Positions 60,613 through 64,000 of a DNA stretch of 64,000 nucleotides are shown piece after piece. Both the position numbers and the translations under genes were made by a program. The notes beneath the pieces are model-generated. The model worked only from the letters and a program-made list of their open reading frames with translations, was not told the origin of the DNA and made no database searches. Source of the DNA: Candidatus Rokubacteria bacterium 13_1_40CM_69_27 (lineage in GTDB: Bacteria > Methylomirabilota > Methylomirabilia > Rokubacteriales > CSP1-6); contig MNEF01000106.1 in assembly GCA_001917535.1 (NCBI GenBank), positions 1,511 to 65,510 of the forward strand, given 5' to 3'. Each line of letters opens with the position of its first letter. The stretch's first letter is position 1.

Positions 60613-63600
60613 ATGTTGTCGGAAAGCCGCCCGGCGAAGGTCGGCAAGTGGACGGAACCCGCTCTCCGCGTGCTCCGCGAGCGCTACCTCACACGCAGGG
60701 ATGGGGAGGTGGTGGAGACCCCGGAAGAGATGTGCTGGCGGGTGGCCCAGTCCATCGCCGCCGGCGAGGCCCGCTATGGGCGGAGCCCCGCCGCCGTGCG
60801 GGAGATCGCCGAGACCTTCTACGACATTATGGTGGACGGCTACTTCCTACCGAACTCCCCCACGCTGATGAACGCCGGGAAGGGCAACGGCCTGCAGTAC
60901 TCCGCGTGCTACGTCCTTCCGGTCGGCGATTCCATGGAGGAGATCTTCGACTCCGTAAAGGCGGCAGCGATCATCCACAAATGCCTGGTCGCCGACACGT
61001 GGGTGATGAGCAACGGGCTGAACCGTCTTGTTAACGTCCGGGACGGCTGCCTAGTCCTCACTGACGCGGGCCCTTTCCACGTTAGTGCGCTGCACGACAA
61101 CGGCGAACAGCCGGTCTTCGAGGTTCGGACGAACCGGGGTTACCAGATCGTCGGGACCGCCGAGCACCGCTTGCTGATAGTTGACGACGACGGTCGCTAC
61201 GGATGGCGCAAGATCGCTGATCTTCGGGAAGGCGATTGGCTCGTCATGAAGCCGGGGTCCTGGATCGGGGGTGAGACGAAGCTCCCGGAATTCGAATTCA
61301 CTAAGAAGCAGGGCGGGAACAACACCAGCTTCAGAGCCATGGAGTACCGTTTGCCACGTGAGCTGACACCGGCCCTCGCCGAGGTCATCGGGCTCTACAT
61401 CGGTGACGGCTCGAATCATCGCGACGGAGTCCGCGTCACGGTCAGTCGGGAGTGTCCCGAGGTCGTCCGGAAGATCGAGGAGACCAGCCTTGCGCTGTTC
61501 GGCAAGCGAGCCTCGATCAGCTACGAGCCGCGGAAGCGCACGTTTGAAGTGGCGATATTGAGTACGCAGATCAAGGCGTGGTTCGACTTCCTCGGCCTGA
61601 CGAAGGCCTCGGCCCGCGAGGCCCACGTTCCGGAGATCATCCTTCGGAGCACCGAAGAAGTGGCCTGTGCCTTCGTGCGTGGGCTCTTCACGGCCGATGG
61701 GTGTGTCCGCAAGAATGGCCACATCACCCTGACGACGATCTCACCGCGACTGGCCGAAGACCTTCAGAGCCTGTTGCTGGCCCTGGGAGTGCCGACGCAT
61801 CTGCGCAAAGATGTCTGGGCGTCGGGCTATGAGGTGTACCAGGTCTCCGTCTGCACCAAGGCGGGATTTCGGACGTTCCGGCAGAAGATCGGATTCATCG
61901 GTGGAGGCAAGGCGGCACGCCTGGCGGCGGTCGATGAGCACGCTATCTTCGTTAAGGGCGAAACGATCCCGAATCAGCGGCGGAGGCTCCGCACTTGGTA
62001 TGACGGACTTCCGACGGACGTACGGCGGCAGGCGAAGAGGCTGTTCGACGACCTGCTCAATCGAGTGGCAGCTCCGAGAGAGTTGAGCCGGCAGCGGCTC
62101 GCGACCGCCCTGAAGGGCCCGGGGCCGTTCCCGTCGTTCTTCGCGGAACTGGCGGAGAAGGATTTCCTTTTCGTCCGCGTTACTGCAATCCGTTCGGCCG
62201 GCATTCGTCGTGTCTACGATCTGACTGTTCCCGAGAAGCACGCTTATATCGCAAACGGGTTTGTTGCGCATAACAGCGGGGGGGGCACGGGCTTCGCGTT
62301 CTCCCGCCTGCGCCCCAAGGACGACATCGTCACCTCTACCGGCGGTCGGGCCTCCGGGCCCGTCTCGTTCCTTCGGGTGTTCAATGGCGCCACGGAAGCC
62401 GTGAAGCAGGGAGGGACGCGCCGGGGGGCCAACATGGGGATCCTCCGGATCGACCATCCAGACATCCTCGAGTTTATCGAATGCAAGCTGGACGGGGGCA
62501 TCACCAACTTCAACATCTCCGTCGCTGCCACCAACGCCTTCATGGAGGCCCTGGAAAAGGGCGAGGACTACGACCTCATCAACCCGCGCAACGGCAAGCC
62601 GGTCGGGCGTCTCTCGGCCCAGGAGGTGTTCCGGCGCGTCGTCGCCGCCGCCTGGCGCACGGGCGATCCGGGCATGGTCTTTATCGACCGGATCAACGCG
62701 AGCCCGGCCAACCCCACGCCCGAGATCGGGATGATCGAAGCGACCAATCCGTGCGTCACGGGCGACACGCGGGTGGCCACGCCCGAAGGGTGGCGTCGAG
62801 TCGACGCCGTTCGCGCGGGTGACATCATCCTCACCGTGGACGGTCCTCGGCCCGTCGAGCGCGTGGAGATCAATCCAAATACTCCGATCTTCCGGGTCGA
62901 CTTCTCGGACGGCGGCGGCCTGCGGGTCACCGCCAGCCATCAGTTCTATGCCTATCGGCAGGGCGCCGGATTCCTCCCGACCCGCCTGGACCGGTGTCAT
63001 GTCGGCGACGAGGTCCAGACGCTCCACGCCGGGGTGTTCGGGGCGGCCAAGATCCTGCGCATCGAAGCGGTCGGCGTCGCCACGACGTACGATCTCTACG
63101 AGCCGGAAACGGACACGTGGATCACCGAGGGGTACATCTCCCGGGGGTGCGGGGAGCAACCGCTCCTGCCGAACGAGGCCTGCAACCTGGGCTCGCTCAA
63201 CGTGTCGAAGTTCGCGCGGCGGGGAGCCGACGGGGAGTGGTCCGTCGACTGGGAGGAGATGGAGCGCGTCATCCGGCTGGCCGTCCGGTTCCTCGACGAC
63301 GTCATCGAGATGAACCCGTACCCGCTGCCCGCGATCGATGCCACTGTGAAGGCCAACCGCCGCATCGGCCTGGGTATCATGGGCTGGGCCGACCTGCTCT
63401 TCATCCTCGGCATCCCGTACGACAGCCAGGAGGCGATCGACCTCGCCGAGCGCCTGATGTCGTTCGTGAAGGACAAGGCCCACGACCAGTCCGCCAAGCT
63501 GGCCGAGGAGCGCGGGCCCTTCCCGAACTGGGGAGACTCTATCTACCGGAACGTGGGGCCTATGCGGAACTCGACGGTCACCACGATCGCCCCCACCGGG

Positions 63601-64000
63601 ACGATCTCGATGATCGCCGGCTGCTCGTCGGGCATCGAGCCGATCTTCGCGCTGGCCTTCGAGCATCGCGTCAAGCAGCCGGACGGGGAGCGCGTGCTGA
63701 CGTTCGTCAACGAGACCTTCGAGTGGCTGGCCAAGGAGCAGGGGATCTACTCCGATGCGCTCATGCAGGAGATCGCGCAGCGGGGCTCGCTGCACGGCAT
63801 CCCGGGGTTGCCGGAAGACGCCGCGCGCGTGTTCAAGACCTCGCACGAGATCGGCTACGAGTGGCACGTGCGCCACCAGGCGGCCTTCCAGCGCTACACC
63901 GACAACGGCGTCAGCAAGACCATCAACCTGCCCAACAGTGCCGCCGAGGAGGACGTCGCCAGTGCCTATCGTCTGGCCTGGCAGCTCGGCTGCCTGGGCA
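60613..64000 (+). CDS. nrdJ: Adenosylcobalamin-dependent (class II) ribonucleotide reductase with two inteins (3' end beyond the window)
   Basis: Not in the ORF track. From ATG 60613: LRERYL, FLPNSPTLMNAG, SACYV, GGGTG, QGGTRRGANM, TNP|CGEQPL, CNLGS, RRIGLGIMG, TIAPTGTIS, VSKTIN; no stop seen in frame. Confidence 0.95.
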   Translation, partial: MLSESRPAKVGKWTEPALRVLRERYLTRRDGEVVETPEEMCWRVAQSIAAGEARYGRSPAAVREIAETFYDIMVDGYFLPNSPTLMNAGKGNGLQYSACYVLPVGDSMEEIFDSVKAAAIIHKCLVADTWVMSNGLNRLVNVRDGCLVLTDAGPFHVSALHDNGEQPVFEVRTNRGYQIVGTAEHRLLIVDDDGRYGWRKIADLREGDWLVMKPGSWIGGETKLPEFEFTKKQGGNNTSFRAMEYRLPRELTPALAEVIGLYIGDGSNHRDGVRVTVSRECPEVVRKIEETSLALFGKRASISYEPRKRTFEVAILSTQIKAWFDFLGLTKASAREAHVPEIILRSTEEVACAFVRGLFTADGCVRKNGHITLTTISPRLAEDLQSLLLALGVPTHLRKDVWASGYEVYQVSVCTKAGFRTFRQKIGFIGGGKAARLAAVDEHAIFVKGETIPNQRRRLRTWYDGLPTDVRRQAKRLFDDLLNRVAAPRELSRQRLATALKGPGPFPSFFAELAEKDFLFVRVTAIRSAGIRRVYDLTVPEKHAYIANGFVAHNSGGGTGFAFSRLRPKDDIVTSTGGRASGPVSFLRVFNGATEAVKQGGTRRGANMGILRIDHPDILEFIECKLDGGITNFNISVAATNAFMEALEKGEDYDLINPRNGKPVGRLSAQEVFRRVVAAAWRTGDPGMVFIDRINASPANPTPEIGMIEATNPCVTGDTRVATPEGWRRVDAVRAGDIILTVDGPRPVERVEINPNTPIFRVDFSDGGGLRVTASHQFYAYRQGAGFLPTRLDRCHVGDEVQTLHAGVFGAAKILRIEAVGVATTYDLYEPETDTWITEGYISRGCGEQPLLPNEACNLGSLNVSKFARRGADGEWSVDWEEMERVIRLAVRFLDDVIEMNPYPLPAIDATVKANRRIGLGIMGWADLLFILGIPYDSQEAIDLAERLMSFVKDKAHDQSAKLAEERGPFPNWGDSIYRNVGPMRNSTVTTIAPTGTISMIAGCSSGIEPIFALAFEHRVKQPDGERVLTFVNETFEWLAKEQGIYSDALMQEIAQRGSLHGIPGLPEDAARVFKTSHEIGYEWHVRHQAAFQRYTDNGVSKTINLPNSAAEEDVASAYRLAWQLGCLG
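60982..62274 (+). mobile_element. Intein 1 with LAGLIDADG homing endonuclease (431 aa)
   Basis: IIHK|CLVADT...GTAEH...LAEVIGLYIGDGS...FVRGLFTADG...VYDLTVPEKHAYIANGFVAHN|SGGG. Confidence 0.95.
62752..63147 (+). mobile_element. Intein 2: mini-intein (132 aa) with atypical C-terminal Gly
   Basis: ATNP|CVTGDTRV...VTASH...TYDLYEPETDTWITEGYISRG|CGEQPL; removing it restores NPCGEQ. Confidence 0.92.

Overview
This is a very GC-rich, gene-dense bacterial chromosomal window; the gene mix and repeat style suggest Ca. Rokubacteria/Methylomirabilota, but that is inference only. Core content: gltB (runs off the left edge) divergent from a LysR regulator, korAB, a glcDEF-cupin-lutABC cluster, trxB, aspartate dehydrogenase, several DNA-repair genes (TIGR02757-like, rmuC, atl, nfo, nth), TRAP, ABC and MacAB-TolC transporters, and a class II ribonucleotide reductase (runs off the right edge, absent from the ORF track). 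Signals the ORF track misses: (1) two genes split by an in-frame TGA at a conserved Cys position, each reading U-S-x-C and followed by a SECIS-like hairpin, i.e. predicted selenoproteins (a peroxiredoxin and a PCYCGC-family protein, the latter ending a coupled operon with an RRE-like-fused MEMO1/AmrB protein); (2) two inteins in nrdJ, one a 132-aa mini-intein at the catalytic Cys that ends in S-R-G rather than H-N and so cannot finish splicing by the canonical chemistry; (3) two families of short structured repeats, some copies translated as parts of proteins; (4) an orphan GroES-like gene, a small Cys-rich ORF, and several leaderless or bidirectional promoter candidates. No rRNA, tRNA, CRISPR array or transposase was recognised.
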